Shown here one piece after another: positions 1 to 13,100 of a DNA stretch of 64,000 nucleotides. Within the stretch, counting starts at the first letter, position 1. Each line of letters opens with the position of its first letter. The translations under genes were made by a program, and so were the position numbers. Below the pieces are notes generated by a model, which saw only the letters and a program-made list of their open reading frames with translations, was not told where the DNA came from and ran no database searches. The stretch covers positions 806,001 through 870,000 of the forward strand of contig JAYWIR010000045.1 in assembly GCA_036172245.1 (NCBI GenBank), given 5' to 3'. This stretch comes from Raillietiella orientalis (lineage: Eukaryota).

Positions 1-1030
1 GGGAAATCCCGCCGCCTCGCCCCTATCTGGACAGTCCTTCGACCCCGCCCACAGTCCGTTTCCCTCTTCTTTTTGCGTTCCTCCTGGATTCCTACCGGTG
101 GCAGGCTGCCTTCCGCATCCGACCGGTGCCTGAGCGGCGGCGCGACTTTACCGGTTCTCCCGCCCCCCCTCCCTTTCTCACGGGAGTGAAGTCCTTCCCG
201 GAAGACGGCCGCTTTCTCACACACCCCTTTCTGGATGGCTCTTCCCTTCGGAGTGTCCCCTGCCGGAGGGATCGTCACCCCTCGACAGGGGACCCTGCGG
301 CGAAGCTTTCCGGGACTGTCAGCCTTCCTTCCGAGAAGCGGCATCTCCCTTCATCGATTCCGGTTCACTCCCTTCGCTCCTGGAGGGTGGAGTGACCTTC
401 GTCCCGCTCGCGCGAAACGCTGGAGAGTCGAACTCCTGCCTCCGCTCGCGCGTCGAGCAGGCCCAGTTGGAGGGAAGGGCGTCCTGGAGATGGTCCATCC
501 GCAAGGCTGTACCCGGTGGGCGTATGCATCTCTTCCAGGAGGCACTCGCTCCTCCTTTCCGGTGCCTCCCTGCACAGGAAGCAGCTGGAGACGTGTACAA
601 GCGGGAACGATGCTCAAAGGTGGAGGGGTGGGGAGGGTGGACCGTGCTCCCAGGATTGGAGACTTTCTGAAACAACCCCGCGGAGGGATTCCCACGGTCC
701 ATCGTCATCCACGTGGGCGAGGAGGTGCCGGACCACCGCGGAGTCCTGCAGGACCCCGCAGGGCCGATCTTCCCCACTGACGATATCGTACGTGAGAGGA
801 GGTGGACGGAACCAGCGGCGAGGTCCTGATCCTTCGGCTGTCGGCATGCTGAGAAAGCGATCCTTCTATTCCCCCCCCCCCATTCCCTTCCCTCCCCCGA
901 TTCTTCCCTCTCGACCGGTGGCCGCGGAAATTTCGCGCGCCCCTCGAACGGCGGCGGAAGCGCAGCGGGCAGTGAGGCTCCCTTCCCTATCCGAAGCCGG
1001 TGGGATCTTGGCGGGAGGAGGAAAGCGGCG

Positions 1031-1157
1031 GTGACCTGGATGCGCGGGAGGTGGAAGGGACAGAGAGAGCGCGCAAGCCCGGAGGCATTGTGTCCTGCGA
1101 GTCATCCGGGAAGAGCTCTCTCCTCCCGGGGGACGATGCAGGCCAGCGCGTCTATCC
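1031..1157 (+). repeat. Inverted repeat, left copy (pairs with 2592-2717)
   Basis: The reverse complement of 1041-1120 matches 2626-2705 at 67/80 positions without gaps. Confidence 0.85.
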
Positions 1158-2591
1158 TGTTGCGATCCAGAGCTGTAGCGAGCTCCACCACAGGAAGAAG
1201 GAAGAAGACGCTCTGCTCCCTCCTCCTCCTCCCTCCTTCGAGGCACCGCTTCCAGAGCTCAGACCCTATTCTCTCCTCCTCCTCCTCCTCCTCTTTTGTG
1301 GACCCCGACTGAGAGTGGAGCGCGCCGCCGCCGCATACGAAAGGAAGACGCGCGCCCGCCCATCGTGTCGCTTCCCCCAGGAAAAAGAGGCCTTTGAAAA
1401 ATGGCGCCGTCCCCCTCCGGAGCAGAAGAGAAGAGAGAAAGAAAAAAAAAAAATGAAAAGAAGGAAAAAAATGGGGCCTTCTCTGGAAATTACGCCGACG
1501 CTTCTGCTCTTCCTTCCCCGTTCTCAGCCTCTCTCCCGAGTCGCGGCCGCTCTTCGCTCCGCCGTGCGAGGAAGTGGTAAAGTAATTTACACCGTGCTTG
1601 AGCACTCCCATCGCAAAGGCCCCATTATGCTCCTGTCAGATGAACAATTTGTCCTTGATGCGACGGTAATCATTGTTCTCGGGAAGGGGGTACGGTTTAT
1701 TCTCGAGGGATGTCCGTTCTTAAGGGTTTTTGTGTTCCCGAACGATTTATTTTTATCTTTTCGCAGCATCTTCTCCTCTCCCGCGAGTTATTAGCGCTCT
1801 CGGATGCGAGCGAAAAGCACACACGAGGAGTGGGCGCGCGGGCGGAGTGCGGCTCGAGAGGCCGGGCCTCGCGCGCGCTCACAAAGAAGCGGCCATGCTG
1901 ATGCGACCCCAGCGGGAAAACTCGGAGGGAGGGCATGGCGGTGGCGTCCGTTGGCATTCTCGTCGACGACGACACCGGCGGCGGCGCTCGAGATTCAGCG
2001 CCGTGGTGCAGAGCCGTGGTGCGCCGTCTGAACGCGCGTTTTCCAAGGGGGAGGAGGAGGAAGGGATGGGAGGGGGAGGGGAAAGAGACACCCCTCCGCG
2101 TCATGCGCACGCGTGCCACCTTGCGGGAGCGTCGGAAGGAACACCGCAGGACGGACGCACCTCGAGTTTTCGCTCCGAGGGAACAAAAAAACAGGAATGC
2201 GACTTTTGATCTTCCCGATGGGCTTCAGCCGACGCGGTCGGATGAGTGAGCGCACGCGCCGCGTGGGGCGCTGCCGGAAGTAGTGACCGCGAACGGACTT
2301 CAGGGTCTCCGCGCGCCACCCCCTCGTCACCTTGGGAAAGGACGCTCCCTCTGCCTCCGAGAGTCTCGCTGCCAGCTTCCCGTGAAAGTTCAGAGGGAGG
2401 GAACTTCCAGGAGACGAGAAGGAGCAGGAATCACTTCCGGGAACTCGCCCGCCCTTTTCCGACGTTTCCCCAGGCGGGAATGAGAGCTTCCAGATCTTCG
2501 AGCGATACAGGGGGGGCGAGGAAGGAGCAGCGGTCTCTCAGCTCCCACTGCTCCCGAGCTCCCTTCCTTCCATACCTCCCGTAGGGGAAAA

Positions 2592-2717
2592 GGGTGGATG
2601 CACGGACCTGACTCATTCCCGAGAGGAGAGCTCTTTCCAGATGACGCGCAGGAAGCAGCGCCTCCGGGCTTGCGCTCTCCCTTCATCCCTTCCTCCTCCC
2701 GCGCACACCCAGATCAC
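2592..2717 (-). repeat. Inverted repeat, right copy (pairs with 1031-1157)
   Basis: Same alignment as the left copy; also visible as similar peptides RKPGG..SC.SSGKSS in ORFs on opposite strands. Confidence 0.85.
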
Positions 2718-2930
2718 TTCCCTGGGGGTGATCATCGTCTCTCAGAGCCGGAAGCTCGTAAGGGAGGCGGGAGATCCGTCCGCCCGTCTCCCTGACGCCA
2801 CATCCCCCGCTCCTCGAAAGTCCTGGGGGCGGAAACTTCCAGGCGACGAGTAGGAGCAGGTCCTCCTCTTCCATTTCACTCGAAGATCGAGCAGCTCGCA
2901 TTCCCGCCTGGGGGAACTAGGAAAAGGGTG

Positions 2931-2971
2931 GGCGAGTTCCCTGTAGCAGGAGCTGCTACCGGGAACTCGCC
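2931..2971. repeat. Near-perfect palindrome/hairpin (11 bp + mismatch + 7 bp, 3-nt loop)
   Basis: GGCGAGTTCCC t GTAGCAG gag CTGCTAC c GGGAACTCGCC. Confidence 0.85.
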
Positions 2972-5900
2972 TGCTTCTAACAGCTCACAACTGCAGAGGT
3001 TGCGCGCGCTCTGCTTCCCTCTTTTCTTTTCTTTTTCCGCGCGTTTTTTCCGCGGACGTGGAGCTTTCGGGAGTGGATGCGCGGGCGGGCGGACGTCTTT
3101 GAGGGGAAATGAAGAGATGGAACGCTGTCGCCCACGGAGCAGCCAGCGTGCGAACCTGAAAAAGAGTGAGTGAGCGGCACACAAGAAGAAGGGCGAGGGG
3201 AGAAGGAGGCGCGCAAGGGAGGATTTCGGAACCCGCCGCGCGCGGGGAGCGTTTCCAGGGAAACGGAGGCAAGACCGGATATCTCACTTAATGAGCAAGC
3301 GGAGCGGGGCAGGTTGCGAGATCGCGGAGGCGCTGCCGGGTCAGCAGGGAATCGCATTTTAATAATCTGCGACGAACCGCCGGGAGACAAAGATCTCAGG
3401 CGCGCCGAGAGGGAGGGGGAAGGGGGAGGGAGGAAGAAGGATGCTCCAACGCAAATAAAGAGCACGATCCACTTATAGGGATCGTAGGTTCTCGCAGAGT
3501 GGATGGAGCAGGGAGATTAACGAGCTTCATTATTTCATCAGGAACGGCTTTTTCCAGCCTCTCTCCTCCTCCCTCTCCCTTTCTCCCTTCCTGCATCCCG
3601 GCTGCAGACGATCCAGCTCACGCTTGGGCGGACGCCACCCCGCTTCGAGCGGATGGACGCGACGCGACTGACCTCTCCCGCGAGCGCCGCACGGAGGAGA
3701 AACGAACGGGACTCGCGCGCCCCCTTCCCCTACCCTTTTTTTTCCTGCTTTTTTTTTCTTTTCTTTCTCCTCTCTCCTGTCCCCTTGGGGACCCGTGCCT
3801 TCCCCGGTTCGGTTTCCGGGAAACCGCGAGCGAAATCCTGCTCGCGGTTTCATGCTCTGCCCAGGGGGAATCGAAAGGGTTGCCTCCCTGTTTCCCGCGC
3901 TGCCGCCGTTCCACTGCAGGGGGAAAGCCGCATCTCGCTGCTGATGCCGCGCGCTGGCCAAACGCGGGATGGGCGGCGCGCTGGTCGTGGCGGAGGGAGA
4001 TAGATGGGGCCCGGTTTTAAGGACAAGGACATGGAAAATCGGAGGAACGACGTCCCTCGACCCGCGGGAGCCTTCCCATCCCCGAATCACTTGAGCGGCT
4101 CGGCGATAGGAAGCGATCCTTATCACGGGAAAGACACGGGAAGACATAGCGTTGCGCGTGTAATCAGCACGGGAACACGCACAAGAGAGAGCGCTCTCCG
4201 GGCATACCAGCCTCCGTTATCTCCAGTGGCACAGACGTCTGAGGACCTTCCTGCTGATCGGAAAGAGAAAGCTGGAAGTCGGAGGCGCTGCCAGGATTCG
4301 AGTGAAACGAAGAGTGACCTCCCTTTTCCCTCTCTCAGCCCGCGCAGCTCCCTCCGAAGGAAGAGATGCGCGGAGGCTACTGCCCCACCCTTTCCAAGAT
4401 GACGCGCACTCCCGTTTGGCACGCAGCATGATGGCACATCCTCCGCCTGCGGAAAGCTCTCTGATCCCTCGGCCGGCGCGGATCCGCAGCCGCTTTCCTG
4501 TCCGTGCCGGCATGCGTTCCTAAGGCAAGTGTGGCGGGGCTCGGAGAGGACAGCTCCCGTTCGAACAAGACATTCACGGGAAATGCTCCCCATCATCTAT
4601 GAGTCGGGCCGCCCCTGAGATGCTACAGAGGCTTTCGTACATTCCTCGCGCGCGCGCGGGATAGGAGAAGGGGAAAGGAAGAGAGGGAGGAAGGATCTCC
4701 TTTAATCTGCAGCGCGCGCGTTCCCTCGAGGCCCCGCCCGCAGGTTCGCGATGCCATTCCTCGTGACGGGGCCGGCCCCAAAGGAACAGCCAGCGTAGGC
4801 TGGAAGCCGGTAACCCGGAAGAAGGGTCCAGGCGCTCACCCAAAAGCTTCGGGTGAGCGCGCAGCTTCCTCAGGTGATCGGGAGAAAAGTTGCAGCCAGA
4901 AGCTTGGAGTGAAGGGACAGAACTGCCGCTGGTAGGCGCGCGTTCCTCCGGAGACAAATTCCCCCTCTTCGAGAGCCACCCCTTCCTCATTCCCTTTCCT
5001 CCTCAGCCTCCTTCGTTCCTCTTCCTTCTCCTTTTCCTCTTCCTCCCCTTCCCCTTCCTCCCGCCTCCAGAGGACGCAGCAACTCCTCCAGAGTCGGCAG
5101 CAGACTCCCTGCCTCCTCTCCCGGCGCGCAGGGAAAGGGGAAGGGATCGTGGCTCCTCCCCCGGACAACGCTCCCGGCAACTCCCGGCCGACGAGCTCAG
5201 TAGCTTCGCTAGCAACGAGCGGCTCGTGACCCGCTGAAGAATCCGAGGGAGCTCCCCTGGAGAGAGAGGGGACAGGGAGAAGGCAGCTCTTGGACAGCTG
5301 CAGGCGGCCGCGCTTCTGCTGTCCGTTCGAAGGAGCATCGCGCGCGCTGCAGGTCTTGAGAGCTCGGAAGCGGACCGGCAAGGAGGACCTTCATCTGGTC
5401 AAAGCGTGGCTGCGCGGCTCGATCTCCGCGCAAACCCGGTCGAAGGTCGGGACTTCCGTCCTTCAACCGCCTCCCAGTAGAAGGGGAGGGGAGAGACCCC
5501 TGCTGTCCTGGATGCTGGTGAGCACCGTCTCCTCCCTCGCGAGTCCTCACGGGTGGGGATCTCCCGCGCGTCATTGAGCATTCGCCGCATCCCACGGTGC
5601 CTCCCGCGCCATGGCGGCGCGTTTGATAGTTTCGTCCTGCAGTCGAGTCCTGGGACGCACTGGCTTAGAGGTGGCGGCGGGCGCGTAGTGGGGGGTTCCT
5701 CATGCGCCTTGTGGGCGCTTCGTAGGCGACGTCGGGATCGGTCCCGGCGTTCGGTGGTCGCGCAGGCGGCAGGCGCGCTGTTCTGCTCGGGAGGTGCGAA
5801 GTGGTGGTTCTCTGGTGCGCGAGGAAGGACGGCCCGAGGTACGACCCCAGTCGAGTCGCCGCCTTCCCTCGATGTGGATTCTCCGGCACGGGGAGAACCA

Positions 5901-6351
5901 GGAGGGTTTCTCTGGCTCGCCAAGGCAGCAGGGAGGCCTTTTCCCAGTTGGGGCCGAGTGCGCCTTTCGTCCGGCCAGCTTCGGAGGGAGGAAGATGCGC
6001 CGGGAAAAATCTGCCCTCCAGTCGCTTACGCCGGACACAAATGGCCTTGGTCTAGCAGCAGTATCTTTTCGCGAGCACCTCTCTTACTCCTAGCGAAGAG
6101 CTCTTTGGCAGCGGTTCCTACCTCCTCATCCACACGGGGAAAGTTTTCTATTTCACCTGAGGCGGTCGAGAGAGGACCACCGTTCCATTCATCCTCCAAG
6201 GATTGGGTCGGGTGAATGGGGTGGATGTCGTCTCGGTCACTTGAGGGGAGGGTTTTTAGACTCTCCACTGACCGCCAGACTGGCCGATTCTCAAGGAGTT
6301 TCCCGCAGGGGAGAGAGTAAACGCGCGTTGGTCGAGCACAGACGTGCTGAC

Positions 6352-6410
6352 CTCCATCGTCACCATCGTTGTCGTCATTGTCATCATTGTTTATATCATT
6401 ATTATCATTT
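6352..6410. repeat. Degenerate trinucleotide (ATC/GTC/ATT) microsatellite
   Basis: catcgtcaccatcgttgtcgtcattgtcatcattgtttatatcattattatcatt. Confidence 0.6.
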
Positions 6411-9400
6411 TGAGTGAAAAGACTCACAGAGGAGGTTCCACTTACATCTCTTGATGACCTCTTAGAAAAACCAAGAGTCCCTGACGGAACGTGCCCGTCA
6501 GAGGTGCTGAGGCGCGCCACGGGGAGGGCCAGGCTACTCCCACAGGACGCGCGCTGATTCCACGACGTCCGGGAAGCAGTCGAAGCCCTAGACCGCCTTC
6601 CACTGAAACACCGCGACGCATTGTTCTCTGGTGGATGCGGTGGACAGGGAGAAGACGCCTTCGAAGAAGAAAGCGGTTGCCCTCGCTACGACACCACCCC
6701 TCGGCGGCGGTCCGTCCTCGTTTGCCCTGCGGCACCGGTTGGAGCGTCCCTCCTACGCGTCCTCGTGCTTGCCGGAGCGTCCTGGTCGCGCGGTGGACTG
6801 ATCACCAGCACTCGCCGCCGCTGCTGCCAATTGGGGGCGGGCGCTGCCGCTGCCGCAGCTCCAGAGATTACGCACATGGAGAGAACGCTGAGGACATGCA
6901 CCTCTCGCGCGTCCTGTGCTGTGTAATTGGGAGAGGGGACGGAGAAGGGGAAAGGGAGGGATGGAGCGGTTTATCCGTGAGCCAGTCCCGAGTACGTCAT
7001 TCATCCTTCGCTGGCCCACGCCAACTTTCACTTTCATTTGCATGCGTAGGGAGCTGGTAATGAGCTGCCGGTGTTCTAGGACTCCCTCCTGTCGCCTCTC
7101 CCGTCGAAAAGGACGCGCTTGGTCGCTCCACCGATGCCAGCTCTTCCCCCTTCCTCTTCCACCCCCTTCACCCACGAACGACCCTCTCCGGAACTGGAAA
7201 CTTTCCGTCCCTTTCAGCTTAGCGTCGGCGCTGGTCGCAAAGACGAAAATTTTCTGGCCGCGACCTTCTGCACTGCCCTCCTTCCCATTCTTCCCCGTCC
7301 TCAGAGACGCTGGGAAGCCACAGCAGTGGAGCGTGGACATTGCATGGTGATGCATGCAAAACGAGCTGCGCTACGTCGAGACAGAAGAGCAGGAGGAAGA
7401 GTAAGAGGAGGAGGAGGAGGAGGAAGGAGGCGTAGAAGAAAGAAGAGGCGATGAAGAGTTGAGGAGAGTTCGAAAGCACCCCGTGCTTCGAGGAGCAGAG
7501 CACAGGGCGTAAAAGATCTCCCCCCTTCCTCTCATGTCTTTTGTTCCTTTTCTGGAATCCGGACGTTCAGAAACATGGAAGCAGCCGGGGTTCGAGAACG
7601 AGGAAGATTTCGAAACAGTTATCACTGGGATAGATCTGGGAGCGGCGGCGGAACCCGTGGGCAAGGAGGCGCTCAGCATTCATGGGACGTAGTCGGTGAC
7701 TTAATCGGGTTACGGGAGCATTCTGCGTGTTTCGGGACGGCTGCAGGAAAAACGGCGGAAATGGAAAAGCGGGAGGACAAAGCAAACTGTGCAGAAACGC
7801 AAGGAACCCCCCCCTAAAAAAAAGCCTGATCGCCGCCTCGCGCGCCCCCTGACAGTCGACGAAGCGATGATGATCTCATCCATCCCTTTCCAGCCTCCTC
7901 CCCCCCTTCCCTTTGAACAAAGCTTCCCCTCCCTTCCTCCCTCCTCTTCAGCAAAGAGAACCGGAACGGGAAGGCCGAAGGAGTCCTCCATTTTCGGGTC
8001 CTTGACTCTGGGGCTGCTGCCGCGATGAGGGTCGGATGAGGCACAAAGGGTTCCCAGCCCGAAGGGATGTTCATCCCTCCGCATAATTTTGGCACTGGCG
8101 ATTCAAATGACGACCTTCTGTTTTCCGTACGAATGCAGGAGCCGCCCACGATCCTCCCGGGTATCCTCCCCTCCACTCTCCTTTCCCTCGCTCGAAATCC
8201 GGGATCACTCGTTGGACAGTCTGCGCTTGGTCGCTGTCTTGGCACTCCTGCTCCTGCACCCTCTCTGAGAGACCGCCTGGAAAAGATGGCGTGCGCTCTC
8301 CGTAAGCCATCGAATGAACGAGAGGGGAGAAAAAGGGAGGGGGGAGAGAAGGGGAAGAGGCACGCGCGTTCCCTCTTGCGCCCCCGCTGTCGCTGCGCTA
8401 CGGGCCCTCGTTTCCTAGGAGGGCGGGTTCGATTCTGGAGCACCGGGCTCCAGGACTCACTGGGACGCCTCAATCCTACCTCCTAAAGTTGAGGGGGGAG
8501 GGGGAAAGGATGAGTGATGACTGCTTCTTGCTCCTCGCCTTGTCAAGGTAGCTTTTCGGGAACCTATCGGGACCTCTTTATGGGAAATTCTGAGGAATGC
8601 TTCATCTTCAGGAAATGTGAATCTGTGAGATGGACATCCTTCTTTGCTTGCAGATGGACGCCAGCTTCCCTGGATGAGTCACCACCCCCTCTGAGTGCAG
8701 CCTTTCCGATCTTCCATCTGGCGTCGAGCAGAGCGACTTAAGCTCAGGAGCAACGTCCATTCTTCTTGCGTCCGTCGCTGCCGTCCGGCCAGGATCAACG
8801 GAAGGCGAGGCTCGCATCAAGGCATCCCGTTTTCCCCTCCCCTCTCTTCCCTGCTCCCTTTCTCCCTTTCTTCCCTTCTCCGAGGGATCAGATGCTGGAA
8901 AGGCAAAGCAGAGAACCCTCCCACCCGAAGATGGCCTGCTGTTGCTTTGGAGAAGCCCCGTGTGCATCAGCGCCGAGGGAGGGGATCCGCATCCCAGGGA
9001 AGGGGAAGCCAAGCTCTCCGAAAGGTTTCATTTTCACGTCAGCCCGGAGGGCACTCCGCGTCAACAGAGAAGGCCTGAAGATGCTGGGACGAGATGGTGG
9101 AAGCGATAAGATCGGGGGGGGGGGGTTGTGCCCCACCGTAGCAAGCAGGGGCCCGCACGAAGGATCCCTCCCGTCTTCAGATCTGCTGACAGAGTCTCCG
9201 GAGGAAGGCGAAGGACGTCTCCCCGGAGATGGGGGAGCTTCGCCTCGTCGGCGCCGCTCGCTTCGAAGAAGAGACTCTCAGAACTTCCGGAGCAGCTGGG
9301 AAACCCTCGCGCGGGCACCTCTCGGGGGAGGGCGGCAGGTAAGAGGGACTTGGAGGCTGCTGCTGGTCGCCTGACCGAAAGAACCGTGAGTGGCCGATCC

Positions 9401-12400
9401 TGCCGGGAACTGGCAACCCTGTCTTCTCTGCCGCGGGAGGTCGCTCGAGATGGGGGCGTGAGGTTGGCCTCTGAATCCCTCCCTCGGCTGGACGGCTGTA
9501 CCAGAAGGGCGGGGTCCAGCGAGAGGTGCGGATCAGCGGGGGCGAGAAGGGGTCGCCTCTAGAGTGAGAGGGGCTGTGGCTAGCGCGTTTCCGAGACCCC
9601 CTCGCGGAGAGAGGGGACGCAGGAGGGATGTTCCCGTTTCGGCAAATTGGAGTTTTCCTGCGGGAAGATAACATCTCAAGTTTCGCGTCCGCCCGCGGCG
9701 AAATCCCAGAGGCGAGGATCGGTCCAGGCGCCGCTGGATCTCGGAGGCGGCCATCCTGGTGACGGGGAAGGAAAGAGGGGGGATGGAAAGAAAGGAGAGG
9801 AAAAAAGAAAGCACAAGGACTACTGATGTGAGGGATCGTCGTCCTGTCGTAAACTTTCGCATCCAAAGAACCGTCCTAAGCGGCTGAGCTCACCAGGAAA
9901 CCGTCTGAGTGGATCCAGACAGGGCGACTGGTGCTGCATGGATAAAGCAGGGGTCCAGGCCTCGGACTGAAGGGAGGGAGGTGGGAAAGAGGGACCCCTG
10001 CTTCGAGCAGCAGCGCAGAGGACACGGAAGATACCCTCCCCCTTCTTCCCATCAGGCCCTGTTCCTTATCCGGAACGGAAAAGCGACCGGTCCGAGAGCT
10101 GAAAAGGTTCCCGAAGCAAAATCCTCGAAGCAGAGAGAATGAGGTGTCCGAAAAGATCCTCTCCAGCACGGCAGCTCTGCTGGAGACGCCCACTGCTGGT
10201 TCCTGGGTCTCTTGCGGAGTCGAGAGCTCCTCGAAGATTCTCCTGCCCCTGGCTCGGCAGGCCCCTCTCTGCCGTTGTGTCTTCCGGGAGCGAGAGACCT
10301 GGCGCGCGTGCCAGCAGTGGGGATGCTATGCGCGCAGAGAGCGTTGCACGAGCGCACGCGATCGTGGCTCGGCTCGGTCACGCGTGCACACTCGACGGGA
10401 CCTCGGCCAATGGTGCGTCGGGCGAGCGCGCGTTTCGAGCCGTGAGCGGCAACCCGCGCGATGGGGAACAGGCAAGCGGGCGTGGAAGGGGTGGTGGTAG
10501 AAAGCTGCCACGGCGCTGCAGCCATCAAGCAACGCCTCTGGCGCAGCTGCGCGAAGGGGTCGCTTACCCCACAAGGCGGCAGAGACTGAACTTTGCGAAA
10601 GCACGCGGCGGCGGTGGCAGCGGCTCGCCGAACATTTCGCCGCCATTCTCCGGCCCCCTTCCCTGTTCACCGTCGTCCCTCCTGGCGCGCCTCGGGGATG
10701 CCCCTCGGCCCGGCCCGATGCTTCCCGCACACGTCCGCTCGCAGATCCCGGCCTCAGACAGGCTCGCTTGCTCGCTGCGTTCTCTCTGCAGATGCAACCC
10801 TCCCGCTTCCAAATGATCCCGGCACCACGGCTGCTTGGAACCCGCCGTCTCCACTGATCGATTTTTAACCGGGTGCAGATCGGGATTTAGGGATACAATG
10901 TACTAGAGAGAGAGATTTCCTGGATGCTCCAAATCACTGCCGCCGATACGGCCGTGCCAGGAAGGGAAAAAAAAATAAGGATGGAGGGGAGGGGGGGGGA
11001 GATCAATCCTGAGATGAACCATCTTTGCGGCCGTGTCCTCTTCCGTGGTCATGTCGCTCCATCGCGTGCGCCTCCCACGCGAACCTCCTCGGAGGTCGCC
11101 CGAGGGATGACGGATGACCGATTAGGGGCCGCGGCCCGATTTTGCACCTGCGCAGGGTGGGTCCTTCCCGCAGCCTCCGAGCCGCGCGTCCTTCAGGTCA
11201 ACGTCTCGGAGCAGCGGCGCTCGGCTCCCTCGGACGCGTGCAGGGGGAAGGGAAGGGAATTCCATCAGGGCGAGACGGCCGCGGCGACGGCTGGAGAGTG
11301 GGCAAGTCCAAATCCCGCTCCTCCAAAATCGTCCTGATGGTGAGCCCTTTGGACCAGGTGCCAGGGGGGATGATGATGATCCTGCTCCGGCAGCAGACGC
11401 CCGTCTCGGCGTCTCGGAGCGAGGCGCAGCAGGACCCAACCCGAACAGCGAAACGGGTCATCCCGGCAGCCTCCCACGCAAGTGGTGACCCTGCTCCCGA
11501 GGAATCGGATCGGGCCCGATCGTCCGCAGAGTAGCGGAAAAGAAGGAGACGAAGAAGAGGTGGGGGAGCGACGGATTGCTCGCCCACCCCCTGCTTCTCC
11601 TCCCACTCGGAGGGATCACGGAGGAAATTGCCATGAGAGGCCACTTGCTCTGCCTACTCGCGTCTCATCCAGCTGCTTCCGGCCGGCATCCCTCTGCATC
11701 TTGGAGTGTAAAGGCGAACTGCCCTGCTTCCCCTCTTTTTTTCCCCCACGCCTTCCGTCCTTCCTCTCTACCCCCCCCCCCCCAGCTCCTGCCCGCAAAG
11801 GTCCCGTCTCTGGAGCCTCCGCGTCGCGGCCCTTCCCTCCCACACGCTCTGGGAGCTTCCGGAAAGATGTGCGCTTCCAGAAGGGAGCGGCGAGCGCGCA
11901 CGCGACTGCGCACCACCGCCGAGATCGCCATTCATCACGGCGGTGTCGCCCCATCGCCTCCCCGTTGGCCGCTGCGCAAACCCTCGTTCAAAGGAAAGAA
12001 AAGAGGGAGAGGCGGACAGCGGGGGAGTAGAGGGGGGGGGGAGGGACAGTCGGGGTGTGTGGGAGGAGGGGGGAGAAGAACTGCCAAAGGAAGGAGGACC
12101 CGGCATGGCTTCACCCCTTTCACCCTCAGCAAACACGACCAGACGCCGCCGCCGCCGGGATGCGATTCCGGGCGAAACGCTCCGCCGAGTCCGCGTTGAT
12201 CCGCGCGGCGGCGCTTCTGTGCGGGCCTAACGACCATGTCGACCCCCAAGTGACCAAATTACACCCTTCATTATCTCCCTGGTTACCGCTCGGCAAAGCT
12301 CTCGACAAGTGCGATCCTAATTGTAACGAATACATCTCCAGGGACGCGAGGACCTTAAGCCGCAAGGGGGGACGGGGAGGAAACGCAACTCGCGGACAGG

Positions 12401-12849
12401 AGGAGCGCGCGCCGCCGCCCCACGATGGCTTTTTTTCTCTTTCTTTTTTTCCCTTTCGTCTTTTTGTATTTTTTCCAGTGGGAAGGAGAGTGGCAGCTCT
12501 GGGACTTCTACCCAGGTGTGCGCGCGCGAGCGCGTCGGTGACCTGCATCCGGGAGAAGAGGCATCCGTCAGGCAGACCTAAGCCGACTCCCATGTCTCCT
12601 CCAGCGTTCCGGGAGGAACGAAGTTCAGCGGATCTCCTCATATCCTCTCTTCTTTGGGTGGGTCCATTTTCAGCCTCCACCTCCGCCATCTTCCCTCTCG
12701 CCTCCTGGCCTTCGCAGCTCAGCAGAGACAGCAGCCGGCAATGGCGCCTTTGCGTGTTGCTGCCCCGGCCCCTTCCCTGCTACGCTTGAGAGGCACCTGG
12801 CTCGTTCGAGCACCTTCCTGCACTCGCCCGTACTTGAAACCTCCAGGAA

Positions 12850-13100
12850 ATGGAAAAGGACGGAAGGAGGAGAAAATCAGGAGGAAGATGGAGGCGAGGA
12901 GGAGGAGGAGGAGGAAGGGAAGAGGAAGGGAGGAGGAGAAGGAACGTAAGAAGGGAAAAAGAGAGGAGGAGGAAATGGTAAGGGGGAAGAGAGGGGAAGA
13001 AAGGAGGAAGAGAGAAGCATGGAGGAGGAAAGGGGGAAGGGCAAGAAGGAGGAGGAAGAGAGCAGGAAGTGGAAGGAGGATGAGAAGGATAAAAGAAGGA
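12850..13100. repeat. Polypurine (GGA/GAA) low-complexity tract
   Basis: About 250 nt of almost only A/G on the + strand. Confidence 0.75.

Noticed and set aside
8420..8445. tRNA B-box-like GGTTCGATTC
   Set aside because: No A box, cloverleaf or acceptor stem around it.
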